NCBI GenBank assembly: GCA_017857705.1 | Contig: JAFMCP010000002.1 | Location: 7,506 to 71,505, forward strand | DNA length: 64,000 nt | Direction: 5' to 3' | Source of the DNA: Candidatus Nanopelagicales bacterium | Lineage (GTDB): Bacteria > Actinomycetota > Actinomycetes > S36-B12 | Shown: positions 38,174-48,767 of the stretch, one piece after another | Layout of the letters: each line of letters begins with the position of its first letter | How positions within the stretch are numbered: position 1 is the first letter of the stretch | Made by a program: the position numbers and the translations under genes | The notes under the pieces: model-generated | What the model was told of the DNA's origin: nothing | What the model saw: only the letters and a program-made list of their open reading frames with translations | The model's database searches: none

Positions 38174-40666
38174 TTATCCAGCGGCCTCAACAGGAGGCAG
38201 GTCCGGAAGAACTTCCCGTGGTGTTGCGACAAAGGTGAATTCGCGGTCATCGCCTTCGCCTTCGACGTCAACCACGACAATATTGCCGGGGAGGAGATCT
38301 CCAAAGAGCATTTTTTCACTCAATGGATCTTCCAAATCGCGCTGAATCGTGCGACGAAGTGGCCGCGCACCCAAAGCAGAGTCATAGCCGCGCTCAGCCA
38401 ACAGGTCCTTTGCAGCCGTGGTGAGCTCGATATCCATATCTTTATCAAGCAGACGCTTTTCCAGGCCAGCAATCATGAGGTCGACAATCTCCACGATCTC
38501 ATTCTTGCTCAACTGATGGAATACGATCACGTCATCTATTCGGTTAAGGAACTCAGGACGGAAGTGCTGCTTGAGTTCCTGTTGAACCTTAGATTTCATT
38601 TGCTCGTAAGCGCTGAATTCGTTGTCATCGGGTGCAAATCCTAGGTTTTGGCCCTTTGACACATCACGACTACCAAGGTTGGTCGTCATGATGATTACGG
38701 TGTTTTTAAAGTCGACGACCCGACCCTGTGAATCCGTGAGGCGCCCTTCTTCCAAAACCTGAAGGAGTGAGTTGAAGATATCGGGGTGGGCCTTTTCAAC
38801 CTCGTCAAAGAGGACAACACTGAATGGCTTGCGCCGAACTTTCTCCGTTAACTGTCCACCGTCTTCGTAACCGACGTATCCGGGAGGTGAGCCAAAGAGT
38901 CGCGAGGCTGTGTGACGCTCGCTGTACTCAGACATGTCCAACGAAATGAGGGCATCTTCGGAGCCGAAAAGGAACTCGGCCAAAGTCTTGGACAGCTCAG
39001 TTTTACCTACACCCGATGGCCCGGCAAAAATAAATGATCCGCTGGGACGCTTGGGATCTTTGAGACCGGCCCGAGTTCGGCGAATGGACTTAGACAGTGC
39101 CTTAATCGCTTGTTCCTGACCGATCACGCGGTGATGAAGCTCCTCTTCCATCCGGAGAAGGCGCGCAATATCGTCCTCGGAGAGATCAGAAACCGGAATA
39201 CCGGTCATGAGCGCGAGCACCTCACCAATGAGTTTCTCGTCTACTTCAGCAACAACGTCAAGATCACCGGCTTTCCATTCACGCTCACGTTCAGCGCGCT
39301 CGGCCAGAAGGTTTTTTTCATCATCCCGAAGGGCAGCGGCTTTTTCAAAGTCCTGCTCGTCGATAGAAGATTCCTTAGCCTTACGGACATCGGCAATTTT
39401 GGCATCAAACTCGCGCAGATCCGGTGGCGTCGTCATGCGTCGGATACGCAGACGCGATCCGGCTTCGTCAATGAGGTCAATTGCCTTATCAGGTAACTGA
39501 CGATCAGAAATGTAACGGTCAGAGAGTCGTGCAGCCGCATCGAGTGCACCGTCAGTGATGGACACTCTGTGATGGGATTCGTATCGGTCGCGAAGCCCAC
39601 GCAGGATCTCAATCGTATGGGCTACATCAGGGGCTTCAACGAGCACAGGTGCGAATCGACGTTCCAGCGCTGCATCTTTTTCAATGTGCTTGCGGTACTC
39701 GTCAAGTGTTGTGGCACCGATTGTTTGTAGTTCCCCACGCGCGAGCATCGGCTTGAGAATGCTGGCGGCGTCAATTGCGCCCTCCGCGGCACCGGCACCG
39801 ACGAGGGTGTGGATTTCGTCGATGAACAGGATGATGTCACCGCGAGTCCGAATCTCCTTGAGGACCTTCTTCAGCCGTTCTTCGAAGTCACCACGGTAGC
39901 GGCTACCGGCCACCAGTGCTCCGAGATCAAGTGTGTAGACCTGTTTGTCCTTAAGCGTTTCTGGGACCTCACCGGCAACAATGTCCTGGGCGAGACCTTC
40001 GACAATTGCGGTCTTGCCCACGCCTGGCTCACCAATGAGCACCGGATTGTTCTTAGTGCGGCGAGAAAGCACCTGCATGACTCTTTCAATTTCTTTTGAG
40101 CGCCCAATTACCGGATCGAGTTTATTTTCACGAGCAGCAGCGGTCAGGTTACGGCCGAATTGATCAAGGACAAGCGAGGTCGACGGTGTTCCTTCGGCCG
40201 GCCCACCGGCTGTTGCGGGTTCTTTGCCCTGGTAACCACTCAGAAGTTGAATTACCTGCTGGCGAACCTTGTTCAAATCTGCACCAAGTTTGACGAGGAC
40301 TTGGGCAGCTACACCTTCCCCTTCGCGAATCAAACCTAAGAGAATGTGCTCTGTGCCAATGTAGTTATGGCCCAATTGAAGTGCTTCGCGTAGTGAGAGT
40401 TCCAAAACTTTCTTGGCCCGTGGGGTAAATGGAATGTGTCCTGAGGGAGCTTGCTGTCCCTGACCGATAATTTCCTCAACTTGCTGGCGAACAGCATCGA
40501 GGGAAATTCCAAGGCTTTCAAGTGCCTTGGCAGCGACGCCTTCACCCTCATGGATTAAGCCGAGCAAAATATGTTCGGTGCCAATGTAATTGTGATTGAG
40601 CATGCGGGCTTCCTCTTGTGCAAGGACAACCACGCGACGGGCTCTGTCTGTAAACCGCTCGAACAT
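38174..40666 (-). CDS. clpC: ATP-dependent Clp protease ATP-binding subunit ClpC1
   Basis: I chose the start at [13 protein letters not shown] (GAAGGAG SD upstream). Has double Clp-N repeats, two Walker A motifs ([16 protein letters not shown]) and a UVR-like middle domain. The ORF-track extension to 40843 is rejected. Confidence 0.95.
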   Translation of the reverse strand: MFERFTDRARRVVVLAQEEARMLNHNYIGTEHILLGLIHEGEGVAAKALESLGISLDAVRQQVEEIIGQGQQAPSGHIPFTPRAKKVLELSLREALQLGHNYIGTEHILLGLIREGEGVAAQVLVKLGADLNKVRQQVIQLLSGYQGKEPATAGGPAEGTPSTSLVLDQFGRNLTAAARENKLDPVIGRSKEIERVMQVLSRRTKNNPVLIGEPGVGKTAIVEGLAQDIVAGEVPETLKDKQVYTLDLGALVAGSRYRGDFEERLKKVLKEIRTRGDIILFIDEIHTLVGAGAAEGAIDAASILKPMLARGELQTIGATTLDEYRKHIEKDAALERRFAPVLVEAPDVAHTIEILRGLRDRYESHHRVSITDGALDAAARLSDRYISDRQLPDKAIDLIDEAGSRLRIRRMTTPPDLREFDAKIADVRKAKESSIDEQDFEKAAALRDDEKNLLAERAEREREWKAGDLDVVAEVDEKLIGEVLALMTGIPVSDLSEDDIARLLRMEEELHHRVIGQEQAIKALSKSIRRTRAGLKDPKRPSGSFIFAGPSGVGKTELSKTLAEFLFGSEDALISLDMSEYSERHTASRLFGSPPGYVGYEDGGQLTEKVRRKPFSVVLFDEVEKAHPDIFNSLLQVLEEGRLTDSQGRVVDFKNTVIIMTTNLGSRDVSKGQNLGFAPDDNEFSAYEQMKSKVQQELKQHFRPEFLNRIDDVIVFHQLSKNEIVEIVDLMIAGLEKRLLDKDMDIELTTAAKDLLAERGYDSALGARPLRRTIQRDLEDPLSEKMLFGDLLPGNIVVVDVEGEGDDREFTFVATPREVLPDLPPVEAAG

Positions 40667-40770
40667 TGGCCACTCTCCTTCATGCGTGCCTTCGGGTGTG
40701 GGCACCCAAATCGACCCTCCCATTGTCCCCCATGAATCACATGTGTGAAACCCGAGATGCGCCAGAACCC

Positions 40771-40788
40771 GTACGCCCAACGCGAAAT
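40771..40788 (-). promoter_or_regulatory. Possible ClgR-type operator upstream of clpC
   Basis: The minus strand reads ATTTCGCGTTGGGCGTAC, against the remembered consensus WNNWCGCYNANRGCGWWS. The CGC-N5-GCG core and the flanks match, with 2 mismatches. Lies about 105-122 nt upstream of the clpC ATG. Confidence 0.3.
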
Positions 40789-40901
40789 CTGTCGAAAAAC
40801 CCCTAGGACATGGTGCCTCAGACGGGTGATTCGACGATCTCACCCCCCGTGACCTTGGAGGAATTGCTTATGGGCCTGGGATACGGGCCTGACTTGACTA
40901 G

Positions 40902-40935
40902 GTGAATTCCGTGAATTCCGTGAATTCCGTGAATA
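40902..40935. repeat. 9-bp tandem repeat GTGAATTCC x3 plus a partial fourth unit
   Basis: Units at 40902, 40911 and 40920, with a partial unit GTGAATA at 40929. Intergenic, between the argA-like stop (40982) and the clpC start (40666). Confidence 0.95.
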
Positions 40936-40981
40936 CTGTTAACGGGGAGTCTCAGCGGCCCTCCAACACCGGGTTGTGAGG

Positions 40982-41479
40982 CTAAAGTGTTTCGCGCAGC
41001 ATGCGAAAATTGCCAAGTGTGTTGGGTTTTACTCGTTCAAGCCCTAGGAACTCAGCAACGCCTTCGTCATAAGACTGCAACATCTGTTCATAAACTTCGT
41101 GGCCAATGGGAGCATCATCTATTTCCACGAAACCATGATGTCCAAAAAAATCTTTTCGAAACGTGAGACAGAAAACACGTTTGGTTCCAAGAATCCGCGC
41201 TCGATCCAACAGGTGTTCAAGTAACTGGGATCCAATACCTTCATGTGCCCGATCTGGTACAACAGCCAGGGTGCGAACTTCGGCTAAGTCTTCCCACATG
41301 ACATGCAGTGCGCCGCATCCGATTACTCGATCACCGTCGGTTGCCACTAAAAATTCCTGGATGTCTTCAAAGATTGTGACGGTCGCTTTTGACAGCAAAC
41401 TTCCGTCGGTTGAATAGGAGTCAATAAGGCTTCTAATCTCCCGAACATCGGTCGTTCGAGCCGGCCTAATCGTGATCAC
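40982..41479 (-). CDS. argA: Short single-domain amino-acid N-acetyltransferase (N-acetylglutamate synthase-like GNAT)
   Basis: 165 aa. [12 protein letters not shown]...[20 protein letters not shown]...[22 protein letters not shown] closely resembles the short mycobacterial ArgA as I remember it. Confidence 0.7.
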   Translation of the reverse strand: MITIRPARTTDVREIRSLIDSYSTDGSLLSKATVTIFEDIQEFLVATDGDRVIGCGALHVMWEDLAEVRTLAVVPDRAHEGIGSQLLEHLLDRARILGTKRVFCLTFRKDFFGHHGFVEIDDAPIGHEVYEQMLQSYDEGVAEFLGLERVKPNTLGNFRMLRETL

Positions 41480-43002
41480 TGGTCCCGCTCCGGCTTCACC
41501 AACGGGAATAGAATCGTTTCTCGAATCCCTTGGCCAGTTAGGGCCATCAGGAGTCGGTCCACTCCCATTCCCACGCCACCGCTGGGTGGCATTCCATGTT
41601 CAAGAGCCCTCAAGAAATCTTCGTCAAGGGGCATAGCTTCCTTATCTCCCTTTTCACCAAGTGATGCCTGTTCTACCAGGCGCTCACGTTGAATCACCGG
41701 ATCAACCAGTTCTGAATAACCGGTTGCCAACTCAAAGCCATTAACGTAAAGGTCCCATTTTTCGACCACCCCGGACTTAGATCGGTGATCACGCGTTAGG
41801 GGTGATGTATCAACGGGAAAGTCCATGACAAATGTGGGGCCGGTAAATGTCGGAATGACGTAATGCTCAAAAAGTTCCTCAACGAGTTTTCCATTCACCC
41901 AAGTGGGGGCAAATTTGATGTCAACCGCCTTGCACAAACTTTCAAGAACGGCTCGAGGTGTTTCAGGTGTTAAATCCTGATCAATTGCTTGTGACAGCGA
42001 ACCATAAAGATCAATCTGAGGCCAAACACCCGAGAGATCATGCTCGCTTCCATCGAAGTGAATCAGCGTCAGGGATCCTGCAACTGCTTGGGCAGCCTCT
42101 TGAATCAGTTCCCGAGTAATAGTCGCCATCTCTTGGTAATCGGCATATGCCTGATAAAACTCGAGCATTGCAAACTCCGGCGAGTGGGTTGAGTCTGCGC
42201 CCTCATTACGAAAATTTCGGTTGATCTCAAACACCCGATCCAATCCACCGACCACCGCTCGCTTCAAAAAAAGTTCTGGAGCAATTCGTAAATAGAGGTC
42301 GATCCCAAACGCATTCGAGTGGGTAATGAACGGTCGAGCTGTGGCGCCCCCCGGTTGGGTTTGCAGCATCGGCGTTTCAATTTCAAGGTAATCACGGTTG
42401 GAAAGCGACGTGCGAAGTGCCGAAACTGCCTTGACTCTTGTCCGCGCCATGGCCTGGGCTTCCGGGCGCATAATCAAATCGACATAGCGCTGGCGCACGC
42501 GTGATTCTTCATTCATTTCTTTATGGGCCACGGGAAGTGGGCGCAATGATTTTGCCGCCATGCTCCACGAATCAACAAAAACTGACAATTCACCGCGCTT
42601 AGATGAAATAACTTCACCTTGAACAAAAATTTGATCTCCAAGGTCAACGAGTGCTTTCCAGTCCGCCAGACTTTCTTCACCCACCTGACCGAGGGAAACC
42701 ATGGCCTGAATAGTTTCACCGCTGCCCGCCGAGATTGTTGCAAAAGCCAATTTCCCGGTATTTCGACTAAAAATCACCCGGCCGGCGATCCCTACCGTTA
42801 CTCCCGTTTCCGCTTCCGCCTCCAAATGGCCGTACTGCTCCCGCAGTTGAGCAATTGATACCGTGATGGGAAGGGACACGGGATAGGCCTGTAGTCCTCG
42901 GTCCAACAATGTCTGCCGCTTATGTCGGCGGATCTGGACCTGCTCGGGTACGTCTAACTCGTCACTCACAATCGCTAAGGCTATTAGAGGCACGTCACTC
43001 AT
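41476..43002 (-). CDS. lysS: Lysine-tRNA ligase (class II)
   Basis: I chose the start at MSDVPLIAL...[14 protein letters not shown]. Class II motifs FRNEG and [10 protein letters not shown]. Confidence 0.95.
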   Translation of the reverse strand: MSDVPLIALAIVSDELDVPEQVQIRRHKRQTLLDRGLQAYPVSLPITVSIAQLREQYGHLEAEAETGVTVGIAGRVIFSRNTGKLAFATISAGSGETIQAMVSLGQVGEESLADWKALVDLGDQIFVQGEVISSKRGELSVFVDSWSMAAKSLRPLPVAHKEMNEESRVRQRYVDLIMRPEAQAMARTRVKAVSALRTSLSNRDYLEIETPMLQTQPGGATARPFITHSNAFGIDLYLRIAPELFLKRAVVGGLDRVFEINRNFRNEGADSTHSPEFAMLEFYQAYADYQEMATITRELIQEAAQAVAGSLTLIHFDGSEHDLSGVWPQIDLYGSLSQAIDQDLTPETPRAVLESLCKAVDIKFAPTWVNGKLVEELFEHYVIPTFTGPTFVMDFPVDTSPLTRDHRSKSGVVEKWDLYVNGFELATGYSELVDPVIQRERLVEQASLGEKGDKEAMPLDEDFLRALEHGMPPSGGVGMGVDRLLMALTGQGIRETILFPLVKPERDQ

Positions 43003-43026
43003 AATCTTGGACCTAGACTCACCAAT

Positions 43027-43719
43027 ATGAGCCTTTCGCATCCACTATTTCGCCCTGCTTCGATCAAAGGTGTTCTTTTTGACTTTCACTCAACGCTGGT
43101 CGACCAGGGCAGCAGTGAAATGTGGCTTGAAAATGCGTGCGAAAGTGCGAAACTCGACTCCCTCGATTACATCGACATTGTGCCCAAGTTGAACTCAATT
43201 GTTGAATTTGCTCGAATTGAGGACCCACATCACAAGCGGGACCTCAGTAGGGCCGCAAGTAAAGAGATCTTTACTCGCCTACTCGGCGACTTCACCGAGG
43301 AACCGCTCACGTCGGCACTGTATTCAAGCCTCACCCAGGCTTGGTCTCCCTATGAAGACACGCTTCCTGTCCTCAATGCCCTGCGCGATCAAGGAATAAT
43401 GACCGCGATCATTTCAAATATTGCGCTTGACCTGAATGAAATTTTGGTTCGAGTGGGTTTGGGAAACTGCGTTGATCACGCATTCACTTCGGCTGAGTTG
43501 GGTTACGTTAAACCCAATCCTGAGATATTCCTTGCAGTGAGTGCCGCCATCGGAATTGGTCCAGAAGATTTGCTCATGGTTGGAGACAATGCGCTCGACG
43601 ACGGTGGCGCTGGGGCCGTTGGAATAAGAACTCTTATTCTTCCTCGAACGACGGGACCAATACATGGTCTTGCCACAGTACTGGGCGTAGTCGCCGGTTC
43701 CCAGGCACTTGATTCTTAG
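43027..43719 (+). CDS. HAD family hydrolase
   Basis: 230 aa. [11 protein letters not shown] (DxxxT-type motif I variant) and MVGDNALDD motif IV. Confidence 0.7.
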   Translation: MSLSHPLFRPASIKGVLFDFHSTLVDQGSSEMWLENACESAKLDSLDYIDIVPKLNSIVEFARIEDPHHKRDLSRAASKEIFTRLLGDFTEEPLTSALYSSLTQAWSPYEDTLPVLNALRDQGIMTAIISNIALDLNEILVRVGLGNCVDHAFTSAELGYVKPNPEIFLAVSAAIGIGPEDLLMVGDNALDDGGAGAVGIRTLILPRTTGPIHGLATVLGVVAGSQALDS

Positions 43720-43725
43720 TCCCTG

Positions 43726-44484
43726 TTAGGCCTGGTTCTTTTCAAAAAGTAACGCCAAACCCAACAGGGTCAGATCCGGTTCATGGTGGGTAATACTTCG
43801 CGACTCCAAAACCACAACCTGACTCAACCCACCGGTTGCAACGACCGCGGTGACCGCGCCAATTTCTTCAATGATCCTGCCCACTAAACCATCCACTTGA
43901 CCAGCAAATCCATAGACCGCACCCGATTGAAGGGCCTCGACCGTGTTTTTTCCAATCACCGAACGCGGCGCCACCAGTTCAACCTGCCGCAATTGTGCTG
44001 CGCGTGCCGCCAGCGCTTCAATTGAAATCTCAATACCGGGCGCTAATGCACCACCGAGGAACTCTCCTTTGTCCGAGACCACATCCAGATTGGTTGAGGT
44101 CCCAAAATCAACGACGATGCAAGGGCCACCAAAAAGATTGTGGGCCGCGAGCGTATTTACGATTCGGTCTGCCCCTACTTCTTTCGGGTTGTCGGTGAGA
44201 ATCGGGACACCAGTTTTTATGCCGGGTTCCACAATAACCGCTGGCACATCGTTGTAGTAACGCTGAATCATAAGTCGCATTTGATGCAAAACTGCTGGTA
44301 CCGTGCTACATAATGCAACGCCAGTAACCCTCGGTTCATTTTCCAATAGGCCGCGGTACTTGAGTGCAAGTTCGTCGGCTGTCTGCGCTGGATCTGTGTT
44401 AATCCTCCACGACCTGTGAAGCACTTGACTCTCATAAAGGCCAATGACGGTATTCGTGTTTCCCACATCAATCGCGAGCAGCAT
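43726..44484 (-). CDS. coaX: Type III pantothenate kinase
   Basis: 252 aa. MLLAIDVGNTNT and VDFGTSTN motifs. Confidence 0.9.
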   Translation of the reverse strand: MLLAIDVGNTNTVIGLYESQVLHRSWRINTDPAQTADELALKYRGLLENEPRVTGVALCSTVPAVLHQMRLMIQRYYNDVPAVIVEPGIKTGVPILTDNPKEVGADRIVNTLAAHNLFGGPCIVVDFGTSTNLDVVSDKGEFLGGALAPGIEISIEALAARAAQLRQVELVAPRSVIGKNTVEALQSGAVYGFAGQVDGLVGRIIEEIGAVTAVVATGGLSQVVVLESRSITHHEPDLTLLGLALLFEKNQA

Positions 44485-45383
44485 TAAGTCAACTCCATCC
44501 GAAGGTCCGCACCAATATCGAGAACAGGAGCAGAGTGAGTAATCGCCCCAACTGCCACAAAATCTACGCCAGTCTTCGCTACCTCCGAAGCCTGCTCAAT
44601 TGTGAAACCGCCAGAAGCCTCCAACTTTGCGCGACCAGAAGTAACTTCCACCGCTTTGTTCAATTCATCAATTGAGAAATTATCAAGCAGAACAAGGTCT
44701 GCCCCGACCTCTAGGACTTCTTCGAGTTGATCAAGTGAATCAACTTCAACCTCAACCGGAAGATCGGGGAAACGTTTCTTGATTAGTTCATAGGCCTGAG
44801 CAACCCCGCCAGCCGCAACAACGTGATTGTCCTTGATGAGGGCAGCGTCTGAGAGGTTCATGCGGTGATTGAGTCCTCCACCACATCTCACCGCATATTT
44901 CTCCAGTGTTCGTAAACCGGGAGTTGTCTTTCGCGTGTCACGCACTTTGGTGTGTGAATCCCCTAGCGCTGTAGCCCACGACTGTGTAGCTGTGGCAATG
45001 GCACTGAGATGGCTCAACAGATTCAGCGCAGGGCGCTCCCCCTGCAGTAGTACTCGAGTTGGCCCAGTGATTGAAACGAGAACTTCACCTGCGATCACAC
45101 TGTCGCCGTCACTAGCGGGAGTCGCAATCATTACTGAAGAACCGCCCAGAACTGCGAATACGGCTGCAGCAATCGGGATCCCGGCAATCGTGCCCGCTTG
45201 CCGAGCTACTAAATCTAAAGTGGACACTTGATCGCTGGGGATAGTTGCGAGCGAGGTCACATCGCCGTTGTCGTCGCAGTCTTCGTGTAATGCGCGCAAA
45301 ACCACCTCAGATACGTCAAGGGGATTCAGCCCGCCGGCGATTAATTGATCTGCCAGCTCCTTTTTGATTTTGTGCGACTGCAT
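44484..45383 (-). CDS. nadC: Nicotinate-nucleotide pyrophosphorylase (quinolinate phosphoribosyltransferase)
   Basis: 299 aa. RTLEKYAVRCGGGLNHR and LLDNF motifs. 1-nt overlaps on both sides. Confidence 0.9.
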   Translation of the reverse strand: MQSHKIKKELADQLIAGGLNPLDVSEVVLRALHEDCDDNGDVTSLATIPSDQVSTLDLVARQAGTIAGIPIAAAVFAVLGGSSVMIATPASDGDSVIAGEVLVSITGPTRVLLQGERPALNLLSHLSAIATATQSWATALGDSHTKVRDTRKTTPGLRTLEKYAVRCGGGLNHRMNLSDAALIKDNHVVAAGGVAQAYELIKKRFPDLPVEVEVDSLDQLEEVLEVGADLVLLDNFSIDELNKAVEVTSGRAKLEASGGFTIEQASEVAKTGVDFVAVGAITHSAPVLDIGADLRMELT

Positions 45384-47020
45384 CAGGTCCCTATTCCAGT
45401 TGTCGTTGTGATCAATTCACCAGCCGGTGAGCGATATGAAACTAGCCGAACCTCAAAATCGGTGCTTGGCTCGGGGTAATCCTCGCGCCAATGTGAACCA
45501 CGGGTCTCTTTCCGAGCTAGGGCGTGTTCAATTAGTACTTGGGACACCATGAACAAGTTTGCACTCTCCCAATCTTCGGTGCATTCACGAGCACCCGTTC
45601 GTTCGATATTTGCCAGCCAATTTTGCGCGTGGGTCAGGGATGCCTCACTGCGTAGAACACCCGCATTTCGATCCATCACACTCTGCAAATCCCGTCTAAC
45701 TCGGTGCGGGACTAAAAATGAATCCCGGGATGTGTCGGCTTCGACCTTGTTGCGCACAAGTTGATCAGAGTCGATCGCGCTCATGATTCGACGGGAATAC
45801 ACCAAGCCTTCTAGCAGCGAATTGGAGGCGAGACGATTTGCTCCATGGACACCGGTGCAAGCAACTTCACCCGCCGCATAAAGTCCCGGGATACTCGTAC
45901 GACCAAACAGATCGGTCACAACACCACCAGAGACATAGTGCTGGGCGGGACCTACCGGGATTAGGTCGGTCACCGGGTCAATTCCACGTGACCTGGCACT
46001 CGCGAGAATCGTGGGGAATCGACGTACCCAAGTATCAGCTCCCAACATACGGCCATCAAGCCACACATGCGCTGAACCTGTTGCGCGCATTACTTTCATT
46101 ATTTCTTTTGCCACTACGTCGCGGGGGGCTAAGTCACCAAGTTCATGAATGGAGTCCATGAATGGATGGAGGTCCGGATCAAGCAGGCGTGCACCTTCGC
46201 CCCGCACTGCTTCACTGACAAGTGGCTGTTGCCCCTGAGCGAGTGGACCCAGCCACAGAACAGTTGGGTGAAACTGCACAAATTCGAGGTCCGCGATGCC
46301 CGCACCTGCTCGCAGTGCCAGGGCAATTCCATCGCCTGTTGAAACATAAGGATTAGTAGTTTGACCAAAAACTTGACCAAAACCACCCGTAGTCACAATC
46401 ACGGCTGGAGCTAGTGCCGCACCAATGCCGTCACGCTGTCCGGATCCCATGACGTGCAGGGTCACACCCTGTGCGGCGCCATTTTCGTCGGTCAATAAGT
46501 CCAATGCCAAAGCATTCTCAACTATTTCAATACCCGGATCATTCAGTACCGCAGTGACCAGAGCCCGAGAAATCTCAGCTCCGGTTGCATCGCCTCCGGC
46601 GTGAGCGATTCGATCTCGGTGATGGCCGCCCTCTCTGGTGAGTGAAATTTCCCCGCTCGGATCAAGATCAAAATTGGCACCCAGTGTGATCAAGTCTCGA
46701 ACAGCCTGCGGTCCTTCTGTGACCAGCACTTCAACTGCCTGCGGATTACATAATCCAGCGCCTGCGGTGATGGTGTCATCCCGGTGCTCTGAAGGTGAGT
46801 CATCTTCTGCAAGTGCCGCTGCGATTCCACCTTGTGCCCAGCGGGTGGATCCTTCATCAATGTGGGCTTTTGTCAGGATTACAACGCTTCGACCGGTGCG
46901 ACGGGCATGAATTGCTGCAGACAGACCTGCGACACCGGATCCGATTACGATCACGTCAGCCTCAATCTGCCAACCGGGTAAATCCGAGGTCAGCCAACGT
47001 GGGATGTGAATTTCACTCAC
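45383..47020 (-). CDS. nadB: L-aspartate oxidase
   Basis: 545 aa. FAD motifs VIVIGSGVAGL and GLYAAGEVACTGVHGANRLASNSLLE. Confidence 0.95.
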   Translation of the reverse strand: MSEIHIPRWLTSDLPGWQIEADVIVIGSGVAGLSAAIHARRTGRSVVILTKAHIDEGSTRWAQGGIAAALAEDDSPSEHRDDTITAGAGLCNPQAVEVLVTEGPQAVRDLITLGANFDLDPSGEISLTREGGHHRDRIAHAGGDATGAEISRALVTAVLNDPGIEIVENALALDLLTDENGAAQGVTLHVMGSGQRDGIGAALAPAVIVTTGGFGQVFGQTTNPYVSTGDGIALALRAGAGIADLEFVQFHPTVLWLGPLAQGQQPLVSEAVRGEGARLLDPDLHPFMDSIHELGDLAPRDVVAKEIMKVMRATGSAHVWLDGRMLGADTWVRRFPTILASARSRGIDPVTDLIPVGPAQHYVSGGVVTDLFGRTSIPGLYAAGEVACTGVHGANRLASNSLLEGLVYSRRIMSAIDSDQLVRNKVEADTSRDSFLVPHRVRRDLQSVMDRNAGVLRSEASLTHAQNWLANIERTGARECTEDWESANLFMVSQVLIEHALARKETRGSHWREDYPEPSTDFEVRLVSYRSPAGELITTTTGIGT

Positions 47021-47867
47021 TCAGGTTAACTTTCCCGATTGGCATATTGTCAATTAAGCGAGTCGAACCGAGGTGACCGGCAAACAGCAACCGCCCCTCA
47101 GTTGCATTTTCAGTTGCATCCAGTTCACGGGAAAGATCATTTGTCATAGCAACTAAATACGAAGGTTCAACCTCCCTTGATAGCGCCAACCTAGCTGCAC
47201 TCAATTTTGCTTCGCTATTTCCTTCTGTCCTTTGCGCGGCAAAGAGTGCGCGTGAAATAGAAACGGCTTGAATCCGTTGTTCGGGGCTAAGGAAAGCATT
47301 TCGGGAACTCATAGCTAATCCATCAGGCTCGCGACGTGTCTGCACCCCGATGACCTTAACGGGGAAATTTAGTTGTTGCACCATCTGTGAAATTAACACT
47401 AATTGTTGGTAGTCCTTCTCGCCGAAAGTAGCGAACCTTGGTTGAACAAGGTTGAGAAGTTTTGCAACAATAGTAAGTACACCAGCAAAATGTCCGGGAC
47501 GGTCCGCACCTTCGAGTACCGTCCCCAGCGACCCTGGTTGGACACTGATTCCTTGACTGGATTCACTACCGTCGGGATACATTTCATTGACACTGGGGGC
47601 AAACACAATGTCGACTCCGTTGGCCTCGCATTGTGCAAGATCACTTTCAAGTGTTCTCGGGTATTGCGATACTTCGGATGCATGTCCAAACTGGGTCGGA
47701 TTCACAAAAATGGACATGACAACTTCACCATCAGTGCCGACAAGCGTCCGTGCAGCGTCAACGAGGTCAAGATGGCCTTGATGCAATGCGCCCATGGTTG
47801 GGATAAAGGCCCGGTCAACACCCGTTTTTTTTTCAAGTTCCTTGCTGTCGTGGATCAACTTTGTCAT
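47013..47867 (-). CDS. panC: Pantoate-beta-alanine ligase
   Basis: 284 aa. PTMGALHQGHLDL (HIGH-like) motif. Confidence 0.95.
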   Translation of the reverse strand: MTKLIHDSKELEKKTGVDRAFIPTMGALHQGHLDLVDAARTLVGTDGEVVMSIFVNPTQFGHASEVSQYPRTLESDLAQCEANGVDIVFAPSVNEMYPDGSESSQGISVQPGSLGTVLEGADRPGHFAGVLTIVAKLLNLVQPRFATFGEKDYQQLVLISQMVQQLNFPVKVIGVQTRREPDGLAMSSRNAFLSPEQRIQAVSISRALFAAQRTEGNSEAKLSAARLALSREVEPSYLVAMTNDLSRELDATENATEGRLLFAGHLGSTRLIDNMPIGKVNLSE

Positions 47868-48733
47868 GTGCCCTCACCCAATTCGATCAGAAGATCAGCG
47901 GCCTGATCAACAGAGAGTAGACCCGCAGCGAGTGCTCTATCAGTTGACAGTCGGGCGAGAGCCCGATAAGCATTTTGGGCACTTGGGCGCTCCTGTAGTG
48001 CTTCGAGGTGTTTGCGAATCACTTCGCGGTCCCCCCGAGCAACTGGACCAGTGAGGCCCTTATCCCCCAAACGCAGTGCATTATCAAGTGAGGCACTGAG
48101 GAGTGGTGCCAGCAATCGCTTCGGACTTTCCATACCTGACTGCGTCAGAAGCGAAACGGCTTCATTCACCAGCACGTTGAGATAGTTAGCACTCATTACC
48201 ATCGCGGTGTGGTACATCACTCGCGACTCTTCAGGGACCCAAACCGGCTCACCACCCATTTCAACCACCAGTGCTTCAGCTACGGGTCGAAGTGTTTGCG
48301 TGGTGGTGACTCCAAATGGCGTGTCCGGCAGCCGGGCCAGGTCAACACTGGTCCCGGTAAATGTCATGACCGGGTGAATCGCCATGGGTGAGACTTGTGG
48401 GGCCGAATCAAAAACTGAGATCCCGTAATTCCCGGAGGTGTGTACGACAAACTGTCCAGGGACAAATACTTCGCTCGAGGAAAAACCGCGAATGAGGTCA
48501 GGCAGAACACTGTCTGGCACCGCCAGAATTACCAGTTCGGATTCCGCTACCACTTGATCGGCGGCCCTAATTGGTACACCTGGAAGGAGTGCTTCGGCGC
48601 GAAGTCGGGATAAGTCTGAGACCGCACTCACGCCTATGCAGTTATGGCCGGATAGGCGAAGGGCCGCACCTAGGACAGCGCCAACGCGCCCTGCTCCGAC
48701 CACCCCAAAACGCAAACGAGGAGGGGCGTCCAT
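47864..48733 (-). CDS. Rossmann-fold NAD(P)-binding protein (DUF2520-type), upstream partner of panC
   Basis: 289 aa. FGVVGAGRVGAVLG dinucleotide motif. Conserved position upstream of panC in Actinobacteria (from memory). Confidence 0.7.
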   Translation of the reverse strand: MDAPPRLRFGVVGAGRVGAVLGAALRLSGHNCIGVSAVSDLSRLRAEALLPGVPIRAADQVVAESELVILAVPDSVLPDLIRGFSSSEVFVPGQFVVHTSGNYGISVFDSAPQVSPMAIHPVMTFTGTSVDLARLPDTPFGVTTTQTLRPVAEALVVEMGGEPVWVPEESRVMYHTAMVMSANYLNVLVNEAVSLLTQSGMESPKRLLAPLLSASLDNALRLGDKGLTGPVARGDREVIRKHLEALQERPSAQNAYRALARLSTDRALAAGLLSVDQAADLLIELGEGT

Positions 48734-48767
48734 GTCGAAAGCCTAGAGGTGACTAACGTCGTCTTCC

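Noticed and set aside
37901-38644. 247-aa plus-strand ORF spanning the hypothetical gene and the clpC 3' end.
   Set aside because: It is antisense to clpC and to the 37675-38136 gene and has no recognisable motifs. The clpC frame is unambiguous.
40667-40843. N-terminal 59-codon extension of the clpC ORF. Similar extensions occur at 25904-26089 (ligase), 3040-3099 (nuoF), 36765-36929 and 28012-28122.
   Set aside because: The conserved protein N-termini, with SD sequences or stop/start overlaps, begin downstream. The extensions have non-coding-like composition.
45406-45420. Rex-like sequence TTGTGATCAATTCAC near the nadB/nadC junction.
   Set aside because: The half-site spacing is one base short of the operator consensus, and it lies inside the nadB coding sequence. 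It is most likely chance.
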